From positions 34,256 to 98,255 of the forward strand of contig JAVVGL010000001.1 of NCBI GenBank assembly GCA_032249135.1: DNA of 64,000 bases, read 5' to 3'. A model generated the notes under the pieces. The model did not search any database. It was not told the DNA's origin and saw only the letters and a program-made list of their open reading frames with translations. The translations under genes and the position numbers were made by a program. This stretch comes from Candidatus Calescibacterium sp. (GTDB taxonomy: Bacteria; Calescibacteriota; Calescibacteriia; Calescibacteriales; Calescibacteriaceae). Below are positions 10,004 to 19,846 of this stretch, piece by piece (the stretch's first letter is position 1; every line of letters begins with the position of its first letter).

Positions 10004-11158
10004 TCAGTTTTGCTCTAAAACATTTTTGTAGAATTCAATGACTTGTTTTTTGTGATTCTCAATTGAGAAATTGTGAGATTTCCTTATTGAATTTTCTGAA
10101 AGCTTCCTTCTCAAATTTTCATCATAAAGAAGAAGTTCTATACTTTGAGAAAATTCATCTATTTTTTTCGGATTCACAACAATTGCATCTTTGAAGTTTT
10201 CAAGTATTTCTGATGCCCCTGCATAAGATGAAACAATTTGTGGAATGCCACAAACCATAGCCTCAAGAACTACATTCCCAAATGAATCAACACAAGAAGG
10301 AAATACAACAATATCGCTCAAAGCAAGTATTTCCTCTTTCCTCATAAATCCGGGAGAAATAATTTTTAATCCTTCACCCATTTTCAGAATCTTATTTTTA
10401 AGGGGACCGTCACCAGCTATAAGGAGAGAAAATTTTTTATGCCTTTTTATTTTTTTTGCTGCAAGAACAAGTAAATCAAATCCTTTTCCATCCTCTATCC
10501 TTCCATAAGATGATATTACATCCCCCTCAATTTCAAGTTCTTTTTTTAATCTATCACGTGTTCCGTCTTTTATTTTTTCTAATACTCTCTCCCTTAATGA
10601 AAGATCTATACCGTTGTAAATAACTTTTATTTTTTTGTTTTTTATAAATTTTGTGATATAGTTGAATCTTTTTTCAAGGGTCTTTCGTGAATTGACAATA
10701 ACTCCATCTGCAAGAATAAATAAAGGTAAATCAATTTTATCCTTCTGAGATATTCTGACATGCCAGATTACCTTGAAGTTATTATTCTTTATTTTTTCTT
10801 TTTTCCTCATCAATTTAAGCAGCGAAACATATATCATCGCACGCGAACCGTTGATATGAACTATATCTGGTTTGAAATCATCTATCATATTCTCAAAATT
10901 TTTGAGAGTACTCTTTATGAGAAAAATGTTTTTCGGGGAAGGCATATCAAATGAGAAAATTTTTATTCTTTCTTTTTCAAGTTCTTTTCTTATTTCGCCC
11001 TCTCCTGGTGTAAATACAGCCAATTTTATCTCATTTTCTTTGCTCTCGTTTTCTTCCTTTTTCAAAGCTTTTGCATATTCCATAAAGTATATCTCACCAC
11101 CACCTATTACTTCCTTGTGATTGAACACCAAAAGAATTTTCATGCGAGAGATTTTCAT
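10004..11158 (-). CDS. Glycosyltransferase, GT-B fold (GT4-like)
   Basis: GGGEIYF N-terminal motif. C-terminal FPSCVDSFGNVVLEAMVCGIPQIVSSYAGASEIL matches the GT4 E-x7-E region. Confidence 0.85.
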   Translation of the reverse strand: MKISRMKILLVFNHKEVIGGGEIYFMEYAKALKKEENESKENEIKLAVFTPGEGEIRKELEKERIKIFSFDMPSPKNIFLIKSTLKNFENMIDDFKPDIVHINGSRAMIYVSLLKLMRKKEKIKNNNFKVIWHVRISQKDKIDLPLFILADGVIVNSRKTLEKRFNYITKFIKNKKIKVIYNGIDLSLRERVLEKIKDGTRDRLKKELEIEGDVISSYGRIEDGKGFDLLVLAAKKIKRHKKFSLLIAGDGPLKNKILKMGEGLKIISPGFMRKEEILALSDIVVFPSCVDSFGNVVLEAMVCGIPQIVSSYAGASEILENFKDAIVVNPKKIDEFSQSIELLLYDENLRRKLSENSIRKSHNFSIENHKKQVIEFYKNVLEQN

Positions 11159-12522
11159 TTTGCTCTTTCAGGGCCTCCAAGCTCATAAGATTTAATTTTC
11201 GTTTCAGCAATTTTTCTGAAAAGCTTTTCAACCATATATCTGAAAACTTCTTTCTCCTCCAGAGCTAAATTTTTGCTTTCATCTGGGAGTTTAAACAACT
11301 CAAATCTATCCTCGTACGAATCACCTTTATAATTGTAATAAATGAGTTTCCATTGTTCTTCTTGAATTACATATACTCTTTTCCATTTTTCGTTTTCTTT
11401 ACATTGCCATCCACAGGGAGAAGTTGAGGCAAAAATAGTTCTGCTTTTATCTCTTACCAGAGTTTTTATTCTTTTTTTCTTACGATCAAAAGAAATTAAT
11501 CTTTCACCGTCTGATGGAAATTTGCTTATCTTATCCCCGAGACCTAATATTTCAAAAAGAGTTGGCATAATATCAACCGAAGAAGCTGGTGTTTCTATCT
11601 CATAACTTTTTATTCCGGGAATTCTTATTATGCATGGGATTTTCATTATTTCTTGATATAGACCTGAATCTCTGGATGTTGAAGCGTGTCCAACCCATCC
11701 ATGCTCAAACAACTCCTCGCCGTGATCAGCCGTTATGACCAAAATTACCTCATCCCATATTCCAAGATTTTTAAGATGTTCAACTATTTTTCCTATCTCA
11801 TCATCCTGCAATTTTATATCAGCTTCATATAAAGTTCTTATAAAATCTTTTTCTTGCTCGGTAAGGTAAGAAAGGTCAAACTCTTCTCTGTAAATTGTTT
11901 TTCTTTCAAGGAAAATTTTTATTCTTTCAAAGTCAGCCGTGAGATCTCCTGAAAATTCTTTAAGATATGAATAAGGGAGATGAGGACCGCGAAGGTGGAA
12001 CCAAACAAAAAAATTTTCATCTTTATGTTTTTCCAAAAACTCAAAAATATTGTTTCCTGAAAATTCAAATCCTAAATTTCCTATTGTATCTCCTGTCCAA
12101 TGTTCAGCGTATGTTTTCCATCCGTTATCTTTGAGAACTTCAATAGGTGTTTTTATGTTTGAATTCAGAACATATCCTCTGACCTCTACCCCGTGAGTTG
12201 AAGGCAGTAAAGATGAAAATATTGAGACCAAAGTAGGCGATGTCCAACCCGAAACAGCATAAAAATTTTTAAATAAGATAGCCTCTTCACAAAGACTATC
12301 TATATTTGGAGATGTTTTTTTGTGGTATCCGTAACAAGATAAAAAATCTGCTCTTAATGAATCAATCGTTAAAAACAAAACTTTGAACTTTTTTTGCTCT
12401 GCAAAAACATCATTATTCCCCCAAAATACAGAACTAATAAAGGGAATAAGAAAAATGAAGAAGGTTATAATAAGAACTATAATTTCCCTTGTGAAACCGA
12501 GTGCTTTCTGAATTCGCTTCAT
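11155..12522 (-). CDS. Sulfatase-like hydrolase/transferase (alkaline-phosphatase superfamily), membrane anchored
   Basis: LFLTIDSLRADFLSCYGY and VITADHGEELFEHGWVGHA metal-site motifs, with an N-terminal TM helix. The position of the sulfatase C/S-x-P-x-R box reads SGWTSPT, so it is probably not a formylglycine sulfatase. Confidence 0.75.
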   Translation of the reverse strand: MKRIQKALGFTREIIVLIITFFIFLIPFISSVFWGNNDVFAEQKKFKVLFLTIDSLRADFLSCYGYHKKTSPNIDSLCEEAILFKNFYAVSGWTSPTLVSIFSSLLPSTHGVEVRGYVLNSNIKTPIEVLKDNGWKTYAEHWTGDTIGNLGFEFSGNNIFEFLEKHKDENFFVWFHLRGPHLPYSYLKEFSGDLTADFERIKIFLERKTIYREEFDLSYLTEQEKDFIRTLYEADIKLQDDEIGKIVEHLKNLGIWDEVILVITADHGEELFEHGWVGHASTSRDSGLYQEIMKIPCIIRIPGIKSYEIETPASSVDIMPTLFEILGLGDKISKFPSDGERLISFDRKKKRIKTLVRDKSRTIFASTSPCGWQCKENEKWKRVYVIQEEQWKLIYYNYKGDSYEDRFELFKLPDESKNLALEEKEVFRYMVEKLFRKIAETKIKSYELGGPERAK

Positions 12523-12547
12523 TTCTTGTTTATTTATATTTGATTTG

Positions 12548-12922
12548 CTATCTTTTTTCTTTTTTCATCTGATATATCTTTTGAATGACATCTCCTATGA
12601 CATCTGTATCCAGATCTTCTTCGCTGATACTTTTATCAACTTTCCTTTCCTTTTTTTCATCTACAATTCTCTCTTCCTCGGCCGCTGATTCTTTTCCAGT
12701 TTTTAATTTTTTTTCAGTTTTCAATTCTTTTTCAGTTTTTGATTCCTTTGTTGCTGTACCATTTAAATCTTTGTGAGGTTTTGAGATACTTTTAAGTCCA
12801 TCTACAATATAATCTTTAAGATGAATATTGACATACCATTTTCCGAATTTGACATCAAAAATGTTCAAGAATATAACAAGGAGCAAACCAAAAAAAACAA
12901 AATATATAAACATTCTTATCAT
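12548..12922 (-). CDS. Small membrane-anchored Lys/Glu-rich protein, unknown function
   Basis: N-terminal TM (MFIYFVFFGLLLVIFLNIF), then the repetitive KESKTEKELKTEKKLKTGKES. No family recognised. Confidence 0.4.
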   Translation of the reverse strand: MIRMFIYFVFFGLLLVIFLNIFDVKFGKWYVNIHLKDYIVDGLKSISKPHKDLNGTATKESKTEKELKTEKKLKTGKESAAEEERIVDEKKERKVDKSISEEDLDTDVIGDVIQKIYQMKKEKR

Positions 12923-12999
12923 ACTGTTTTTTATGTTTATTTACTTTCTTTTTATTTTTTATTTTAAAATTCTGAGAATGACAAATCAAATTAGGATTT

Positions 13000-13287
13000 T
13001 TAAGCTACAAAAATGTGAGCATCAAAATTGTAAATTTCGTCAAAATTTATTTCATCAAAATTTTTAACTTCATACTGACTTCCCATATCTTTGAGGGCTT
13101 GCAAAAACTCATATATTTCAGACTTTGTTTTTTCGTCATATTCTGAAATTGCTTTCATAACAGCTGGAGACAGCACCAAGGACACAATATTTCCCCGCAG
13201 AGTTATCCCGAGCGACATTCTTACCGACTCAAAAATGCGTTTTTTATCTGAAAAATCTCCCAAAAAAACAAAAATTTTTTTTCGCAT
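13000..13287 (-). CDS. Hypothetical 95-aa protein
   Basis: ORF only. Weak resemblance to small DsrE/TusB-like proteins (KKIFVFLGD...VSLVLSPAVMKAI), which I do not trust. Confidence 0.35.
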   Translation of the reverse strand: MRKKIFVFLGDFSDKKRIFESVRMSLGITLRGNIVSLVLSPAVMKAISEYDEKTKSEIYEFLQALKDMGSQYEVKNFDEINFDEIYNFDAHIFVA

Positions 13288-13374
13288 AAACTTATTTAGC
13301 GTAAAATTATCTTTTATTTTTATATTTTTATTTTTTTATTTTCTTATTTTTTTATTTTTTATTTTTTATTTTTA

Positions 13375-14019
13375 GTGTTCTACAAAGGGAAAAAGTATAT
13401 ATACATAGGTTATGTTGCGAGAACGCACGGGAAAAAGGGTAAAATTGCAGTAAGGATAAGGAAAAGAATTCCAAAAGAAAAAATGCCTCCAAGAATATTT
13501 ATAAAGGAAATAAAGGAAGACGGGGAAGAATTAAAGGAGTATAGGTTAAAACTCCTGAAAGAATATAAAAATGGATTAGCAATAATGAAGCTAAATATAA
13601 AACCAGAAGAAGCAGAAAAACTTGTCTCACAAGATGTATATATATGTGAAGACGACTTACCGCGGAAAGTAAGAGTAGAGTTGGGAGTGATACCAAGTTT
13701 TATTCCAGAGGTTGAAAAAGATGAATCTGAGCTTGAAGAGATAGGTTTCATAACAAAGCCGCGAGGATTACAGGGAGCATTGGCAGTTGTATCTCCAAAA
13801 GAAAAAGAATCTATATGGAAAAAGGAAAAACTCAAAATTTTTATTGAAGGCGATGAAAAAGGAAAATTTTTTGAAACACAAATAAGATCGGTAAAAAAGC
13901 TAAGGGAAATGTTAGATAATGTGTATCTTTCTGTAAAAGTACTTTATGTCAACGATATAGATGCAGCAGAAAGATTAAGGAAAAGAAGAATTTTTATATC
14001 AAAAGCTGATTTACTTTGA
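13375..14019 (+). CDS. rimM: RimM-like protein with two RimM N-terminal-type barrels and no recognisable PRC barrel
   Basis: GTG start. IGYVARTHGKKGKIAVRI...EEAEKLVSQDVYICEDDLP and IGFITKPRGLQGALAVV...IDAAERLRKRRIFISKADL both fit the RimM N-domain pattern (iGkv.kphGlkGe.kv ... eAe.l.g..l.v). Confidence 0.6.
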   Translation: MFYKGKKYIYIGYVARTHGKKGKIAVRIRKRIPKEKMPPRIFIKEIKEDGEELKEYRLKLLKEYKNGLAIMKLNIKPEEAEKLVSQDVYICEDDLPRKVRVELGVIPSFIPEVEKDESELEEIGFITKPRGLQGALAVVSPKEKESIWKKEKLKIFIEGDEKGKFFETQIRSVKKLREMLDNVYLSVKVLYVNDIDAAERLRKRRIFISKADLL

Positions 14020-14637
14020 TGGTGTAATTAAAACTCCTCTTCCCCCTATTACATCTTTATGTTTCGGTTCAACAAAAATTCTAAAATTTCTCTCTTTACC
14101 CTTACCATACTCCACAGATAAGTTTATCTCAATAAATTTTGGGATTCCGTCTACTTGATCCCATCTTTCTTGCCATCCCTTATCTCCAAAAGCTTTGACA
14201 TCAAATGATTTGATACCTTCAAGGATTGGAACAAAAAAACCTCCCTTTTTTAGATCTCCATCTAATTTATTATCTATTCTTTTCAAGAGCCGAGCAGTTT
14301 CTTTGCCTTTTTCCTGCTCAAAAACATACTCTATCTCTTTGTGGGTACCACCGTAGTATGTTGTAAAAATTATACTATCAAATGGTCTACCAAAAAAACC
14401 CATCTCCTGCAGAATAAATCCACAGCCTTTACACGAGTAAACAGATTCAAATTCTCTTTTGAGCTCATTCAGAACATATATAGCAGTAGATTCTCTATCG
14501 GCTGACTTTTCTATAAAATCTCTGTAATTTAGCATAGAAAAAACTACTCCGAATAAAACAACTATACCGAAAGAGACCAAAAAAACTGAAACTATAACTT
14601 CTATAAGAGTGAATCCTGACTTTTTTCCCTCAATCAC
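14011..14637 (-). CDS. Prepilin-type N-terminal methylation-motif protein (GspJ-like minor pseudopilin)
   Basis: KSGFTLIEVIVSVFLVSFGIVVLF is the class III signal peptide/methylation motif. The 208-aa length is GspJ/PulJ-like. Confidence 0.72.
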   Translation of the reverse strand: MIEGKKSGFTLIEVIVSVFLVSFGIVVLFGVVFSMLNYRDFIEKSADRESTAIYVLNELKREFESVYSCKGCGFILQEMGFFGRPFDSIIFTTYYGGTHKEIEYVFEQEKGKETARLLKRIDNKLDGDLKKGGFFVPILEGIKSFDVKAFGDKGWQERWDQVDGIPKFIEINLSVEYGKGKERNFRIFVEPKHKDVIGGRGVLITPSK

Positions 14638-15556
14638 AAAGTTTTATAACTTCCTCTTCAAGCTCAATTTTCCTTTCTTGCTTGACTTTCTCTTTTATAT
14701 AGTTTATAAGTTCTTCTGCTTCTTGGAAACAAGCTCCACCTTCATTTTCAAGAAAGTTTGCATGAATTGATGAGATTTTAATCCTCTTTGTTAATCTGAA
14801 TCCCTTGAGACCGAGCTCATCTATTATTTTTCCAGCAGACTCCCCATTTGGAGGATTCTTGAATATGCATCCAAAAGTTTTAGAATTTACAGGTTGAGTT
14901 TCAAATCTCTTTTTCAGATAACGAGAAACTTTGTCTCTCACCTCAGTAGGTTTTGCTTTCTTGAACCTCATAGATACCGAGAGAACTATCTGATTATCTT
15001 TTATACTACTCCATCTATAACCAAAATTTGGTTTTATTTTCTCTACCCAAAAGTTCCCATCTGATATAGTTAAAACTTCCACATCTTCTACGAAATCTGA
15101 AATCCATCCCAAACGAGTTCCTGCATTTACTTTCACAGCTCCGCCGACACAGCCTGGAATTCCTGCTATTTTCTCAACACCTTCAAATCCTTTTTTTATT
15201 CCAAGAGCAACAAGAAACTGCAAAGAAGTTCCGGCACCAACTTTGAGGTAAAAACTATCTTTTTCCTCTGTGCAATTTTGAAAATCAAATCTCATGAGCG
15301 ATATAACAAGGCGCGGAATTTTTCCATCTCTGACAAGCATTTTGGTCCCATTACCGACCACACAAAACGGAATCTCCTTTGATTTTACATATTCTATAGT
15401 CTTCTCCAGAGCATCCATATTTCGTGGGAAAACGAATGAGAAAGGTTCTCCACCTATTCCAACGCTTGTGAAATCAGAAAATTTAAGTATTTTTGTTTCT
15501 ATGTTGAAATGCCTTAAGTCAGACAAAATCCCTCGTCGCTCCTCCTCAAACCGCAT
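14630..15556 (-). CDS. murB: UDP-N-acetylenolpyruvoylglucosamine reductase
   Basis: FAD-binding N-terminal region (SVGIGGEP, VVGNGTKML), GYRWSS and FGCIFKNP motifs. 308 aa. Confidence 0.9.
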   Translation of the reverse strand: MRFEEERRGILSDLRHFNIETKILKFSDFTSVGIGGEPFSFVFPRNMDALEKTIEYVKSKEIPFCVVGNGTKMLVRDGKIPRLVISLMRFDFQNCTEEKDSFYLKVGAGTSLQFLVALGIKKGFEGVEKIAGIPGCVGGAVKVNAGTRLGWISDFVEDVEVLTISDGNFWVEKIKPNFGYRWSSIKDNQIVLSVSMRFKKAKPTEVRDKVSRYLKKRFETQPVNSKTFGCIFKNPPNGESAGKIIDELGLKGFRLTKRIKISSIHANFLENEGGACFQEAEELINYIKEKVKQERKIELEEEVIKLCD

Positions 15557-15622
15557 AAACAGAAATTTACTATCACGAAAAACTTTTTGTTTTTTACTGA
15601 AATTTTTTAGTTAATTTTTATT

Positions 15623-16627
<1,005 letters not shown>

Positions 16628-16704
16628 TTAATATTTCATGAAAAGAATAGAAAAACCAGAAAAATCCAACAAAATATGAGAAAATTTTTTAATGGATTTA
16701 GGCT

Positions 16705-17349
16705 GTGCTGGTCAAAATATGTGGTATAACTTCTTTTGAGGACATTTTATTATGTGATTCAGAAGGGGCTGACTTTTTAGGCTTTATTTTTGTAAAAGGT
16801 AGCAAGAGATTTGTTCTTAAACCAGAGGAAGTACTTTCTACAAAGACACAGGCAAAAAAAGTTGCAGTTTTACGGGACCCGGACAAAAAAGATATAAAAG
16901 TTTTTAAAGGTTTTGATTTTATACAATTACACGGTCTTGAAAATGAAATAATTTTAGAGGAGGTAAAATCAATCGGAGCTGGCATCATAAAAACTATATT
17001 CCCTGACATCAAAGAATCCGTAAATTTATGTAAAAGGCTATCTCCTTATGTTGATTTTTTCTTAGTTGATTCTTCGTCAAAATTAAAAGGATTTGATAGC
17101 TCCCGATTTTCAGAAACCAGTCTTTTAGAAATTCTTGAAGGGGGAAAAATCTTCGGAAGAGATTTTTTCATATCAGGCGGTCTTACACCTACTAATGTGA
17201 GACAATTTATAGATAGATTTAAACCAGCAGGAGTTGATGTATCATCTGGAGTTGAATATGAAATCGGCAAAAAGGATCCACAAAAGGTTAAAGATTTTAT
17301 AAAAAACGCAAAAATGGCTGAAAGTAAAAAATCAGAAGAGAAATTATGA
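16705..17349 (+). CDS. trpF: Phosphoribosylanthranilate isomerase
   Basis: GTG start. LVKICGITSFEDILLC...GADFLGFIFVKGSKRFV, IQLHG and GGLTPTNV are TrpF hallmarks. Confidence 0.85.
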   Translation: MLVKICGITSFEDILLCDSEGADFLGFIFVKGSKRFVLKPEEVLSTKTQAKKVAVLRDPDKKDIKVFKGFDFIQLHGLENEIILEEVKSIGAGIIKTIFPDIKESVNLCKRLSPYVDFFLVDSSSKLKGFDSSRFSETSLLEILEGGKIFGRDFFISGGLTPTNVRQFIDRFKPAGVDVSSGVEYEIGKKDPQKVKDFIKNAKMAESKKSEEKL

Positions 17350-18038
17350 ATAAAATAAAAAACAACAAATTTTACTCTTTTGATCACGGTATCGCATTTG
17401 ATTTTCCCTGGGGAAGTAGAGCCATTTTCTTCTTCAAAGATTATACTCCTGATTTTGAAATTGTTTTCCCAAAACAGAAGCATACATCTTGTGTCCTACT
17501 ATATCCTGATGAATTTGGAAATGGTAATGAGATATTTTTTGATGGTATTATAAGTTTTTCTGATAAAGTAGCTTTGGGAGTGAAAACTGCGGATTGTCTT
17601 CCAATAGCTTTATCTACTCCTGATTTGATAGGGATAATTCATGCAGGATGGCGAGGATTAGCAAAGGGAATAATTCAAGAACTTGCACAGAAAATAGAAA
17701 GTCTTAGACAAAGCATGTCATCATCTTATTTTGTTATAGGACCTCACATATGTGGAAGGTGTTATAATGTAGGGAATGATGTGGCAGAAATATTTGAAAG
17801 GCTCTGCAAAGAAAACAACATCAGAGTTAATAAAGTAATCCGAAAAAGCAGAAAAGATGGGAAAATTTTTATTGATTTAGCTGGTTTTGCTCTCTCAATT
17901 TTACGAAATCTTGGAGCAAAAAAAGTTTTTGTTTCAAAAATATGCGTAAAAGAAGATAATAGATTTTTCTCCCGAAGAAGAGGAGATAACCACTCCCAGA
18001 TTTCCGTTATGATAAAAAATGAAAAGAATAAATTATAG
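17346..18038 (+). CDS. pgeF: YfiH/PgeF family (DUF152) purine nucleoside phosphorylase / peptidoglycan editing factor
   Basis: QKHTSCVLL, GVKTADCLPIAL and IIHAGWRGLAKGI match the His-Cys-His site. ATGA overlap with the trpF stop. Confidence 0.85.
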   Translation: MNKIKNNKFYSFDHGIAFDFPWGSRAIFFFKDYTPDFEIVFPKQKHTSCVLLYPDEFGNGNEIFFDGIISFSDKVALGVKTADCLPIALSTPDLIGIIHAGWRGLAKGIIQELAQKIESLRQSMSSSYFVIGPHICGRCYNVGNDVAEIFERLCKENNIRVNKVIRKSRKDGKIFIDLAGFALSILRNLGAKKVFVSKICVKEDNRFFSRRRGDNHSQISVMIKNEKNKL

Positions 18039-18561
18039 ATGGACGAAGTTCTCAAAGTTATAAGAGAAAGAAGAAGTATCAGAGCGTATCTTGAAAAGGA
18101 AATTCCAGAAGATATAATAAGAAAACTTATTTTGGCTTTGATTTGGGCACCATCAGCCGGAAATCTTCAGGCAAGGAAATTTTACTTTGTAAGAAACAAG
18201 GAGATAAAATTGAAGATTGCAAGGGCTGCTTTGGAACAGATATTCATCGCACAAGCTCCGTTAGTTGTTGTAGGATGCATAGATAAAAGAAAAATATCAT
18301 CAAGATACGGTGAAAGAGGTGTAAAACTTTATGCAATTCAAGATGTAGCGTGTAGCTTGCGAAACCTTATGCTCGTCGCTTATGAAAATGGACTAGGAAG
18401 CGTATGGGTAGGTGCTTTCTATGAAGAAGAAATCTCAGAGATTCTGAAATTACCCCCCACATTTAAGACCGGTTGCAATAGTACCAGTTGGATATCCAGC
18501 TGAATTCCCTCCACCTCCTCCACGGGTTTCAGAAAATCAAGCGGTTGTATTTGTTGACTGA
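18039..18561 (+). CDS. Nitroreductase family protein, reading frame broken by one extra C in a C6 run (18453..18458)
   Basis: IRERRSIRAY, APSAGNLQ and GSVWVG motifs. The listed ORF ends at 18503 with nonsense tail TFKTGCNSTSWISS. Removing one C gives LPPHLRPVAIVPVGYPAEFPPPPPRVSENQAVVFVD*, the canonical family C-terminus, ending at 18561. Confidence 0.8.
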
Positions 18562-18601
18562 AAAACAAAATTAAATCTTTCTTCGCACTAAATATAAAAA
18601 A

Positions 18602-19825
18602 GTGCAGAAAGAAACAAATTTTCCAGAGACTGAAACGGAACCTGAATTTATTGATTTTCCGTTTTCAAAATCAATTTCTCATCAACAAAAGCTTGTGAGA
18701 TCGCCAGCATATGATGTTAATTTGCGACCTTTTATAATAATATGGGAATCAACTTTTGCGTGCGACCTTGCATGCAAACATTGCAGAGCAAACTCAGAAA
18801 TATTCCGCTCACCAGAAGAGCTACAAGAAGAAGAAGCAAAAGAATTATTAAATCAAATAAAGGGTTTTGGTTTTCCTCCTCCTATTTTTATAATAACAGG
18901 TGGAGATCCTTTCAAAAGAGATGATATTTTCTCCATAGCTGAATACGGAAAATTGATTGGTATTCCAGTTTCATTTTCTCCATCTGTTACACCTCTTTTT
19001 ACAGATGACAAAATAGAGCTCATGAAAAAAGCAGGAGTAAAAGCAATTTCACTTTCGTTGGATGGTCCAGATGAAAAAACTCATGATGAATTCAGAGGAG
19101 TAGATGGAGTATTCAGAAGAACAATTAATATATGGGAAAAACTCAAAAAAGCAGGAATCAAGGTTCAAATAAATACAACTGTAACACAGCTCAACAAAGA
19201 AAAACTCGCAGATATATTTGAAATAGTAGCAAAAATGAACCCTATGACATGGAGTCTGTTTTTCCTTGTGAAAGTTGGGAGAGCAGAAGACAAACTACAA
19301 ATTTCACCACAAGAATATGAAGATGTCATGAATTTTTTATTTGATGCAGCGGAATTTGTTCATTGCAAAACAACAGAGGGTCACCACTACAAAAGAATTT
19401 TTATTCAGAGAACAAAATCAGAAAATGAATACAGAGAAAAGATAAAACTTGGTCCCTTATATTTTCAACTCAAAGAAAAGCTTGATTTCATAGTAAAAAA
19501 ACTTGATCTGAAAAAAAGACCGAGAAGAACTCCTATGAATGTAAATGCAGGAAAGGGTTTTATTTTTATCTCAAAAAAAGGAGATGTTTTCCCTTCCGGA
19601 TTTTTACCTATGAAAGTCGGAAATGTAAGAGAGAAAAACGTAGTAAATATATATAGAGAATCCGAAGTTTTGCAGAAGCTCAGAGACACAAAGAATTTAA
19701 AAGGTAAATGTGGTATTTGCGAATTTAAGGAAGTTTGTGGAGGTTCAAGGTCAAGAGCATTTTCATACACAGGTGATCCATTTGAATCAGAACCTTTCTG
19801 TATATGGCAACCTTCACCGAGCTGA
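18602..19825 (+). CDS. Radical SAM enzyme with C-terminal SPASM-type auxiliary-cluster domain (paralog 1)
   Basis: FACDLACKHCRA (CxxxCxxC). GGDPF, SLDG. C-terminal GKCGICEFKEVCGGSRSRAFSYTGDPFESEPFC. GTG start. Confidence 0.85.
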   Translation: MQKETNFPETETEPEFIDFPFSKSISHQQKLVRSPAYDVNLRPFIIIWESTFACDLACKHCRANSEIFRSPEELQEEEAKELLNQIKGFGFPPPIFIITGGDPFKRDDIFSIAEYGKLIGIPVSFSPSVTPLFTDDKIELMKKAGVKAISLSLDGPDEKTHDEFRGVDGVFRRTINIWEKLKKAGIKVQINTTVTQLNKEKLADIFEIVAKMNPMTWSLFFLVKVGRAEDKLQISPQEYEDVMNFLFDAAEFVHCKTTEGHHYKRIFIQRTKSENEYREKIKLGPLYFQLKEKLDFIVKKLDLKKRPRRTPMNVNAGKGFIFISKKGDVFPSGFLPMKVGNVREKNVVNIYRESEVLQKLRDTKNLKGKCGICEFKEVCGGSRSRAFSYTGDPFESEPFCIWQPSPS

Positions 19826-19846
19826 ACTTCAATTTATAGATCAAAG

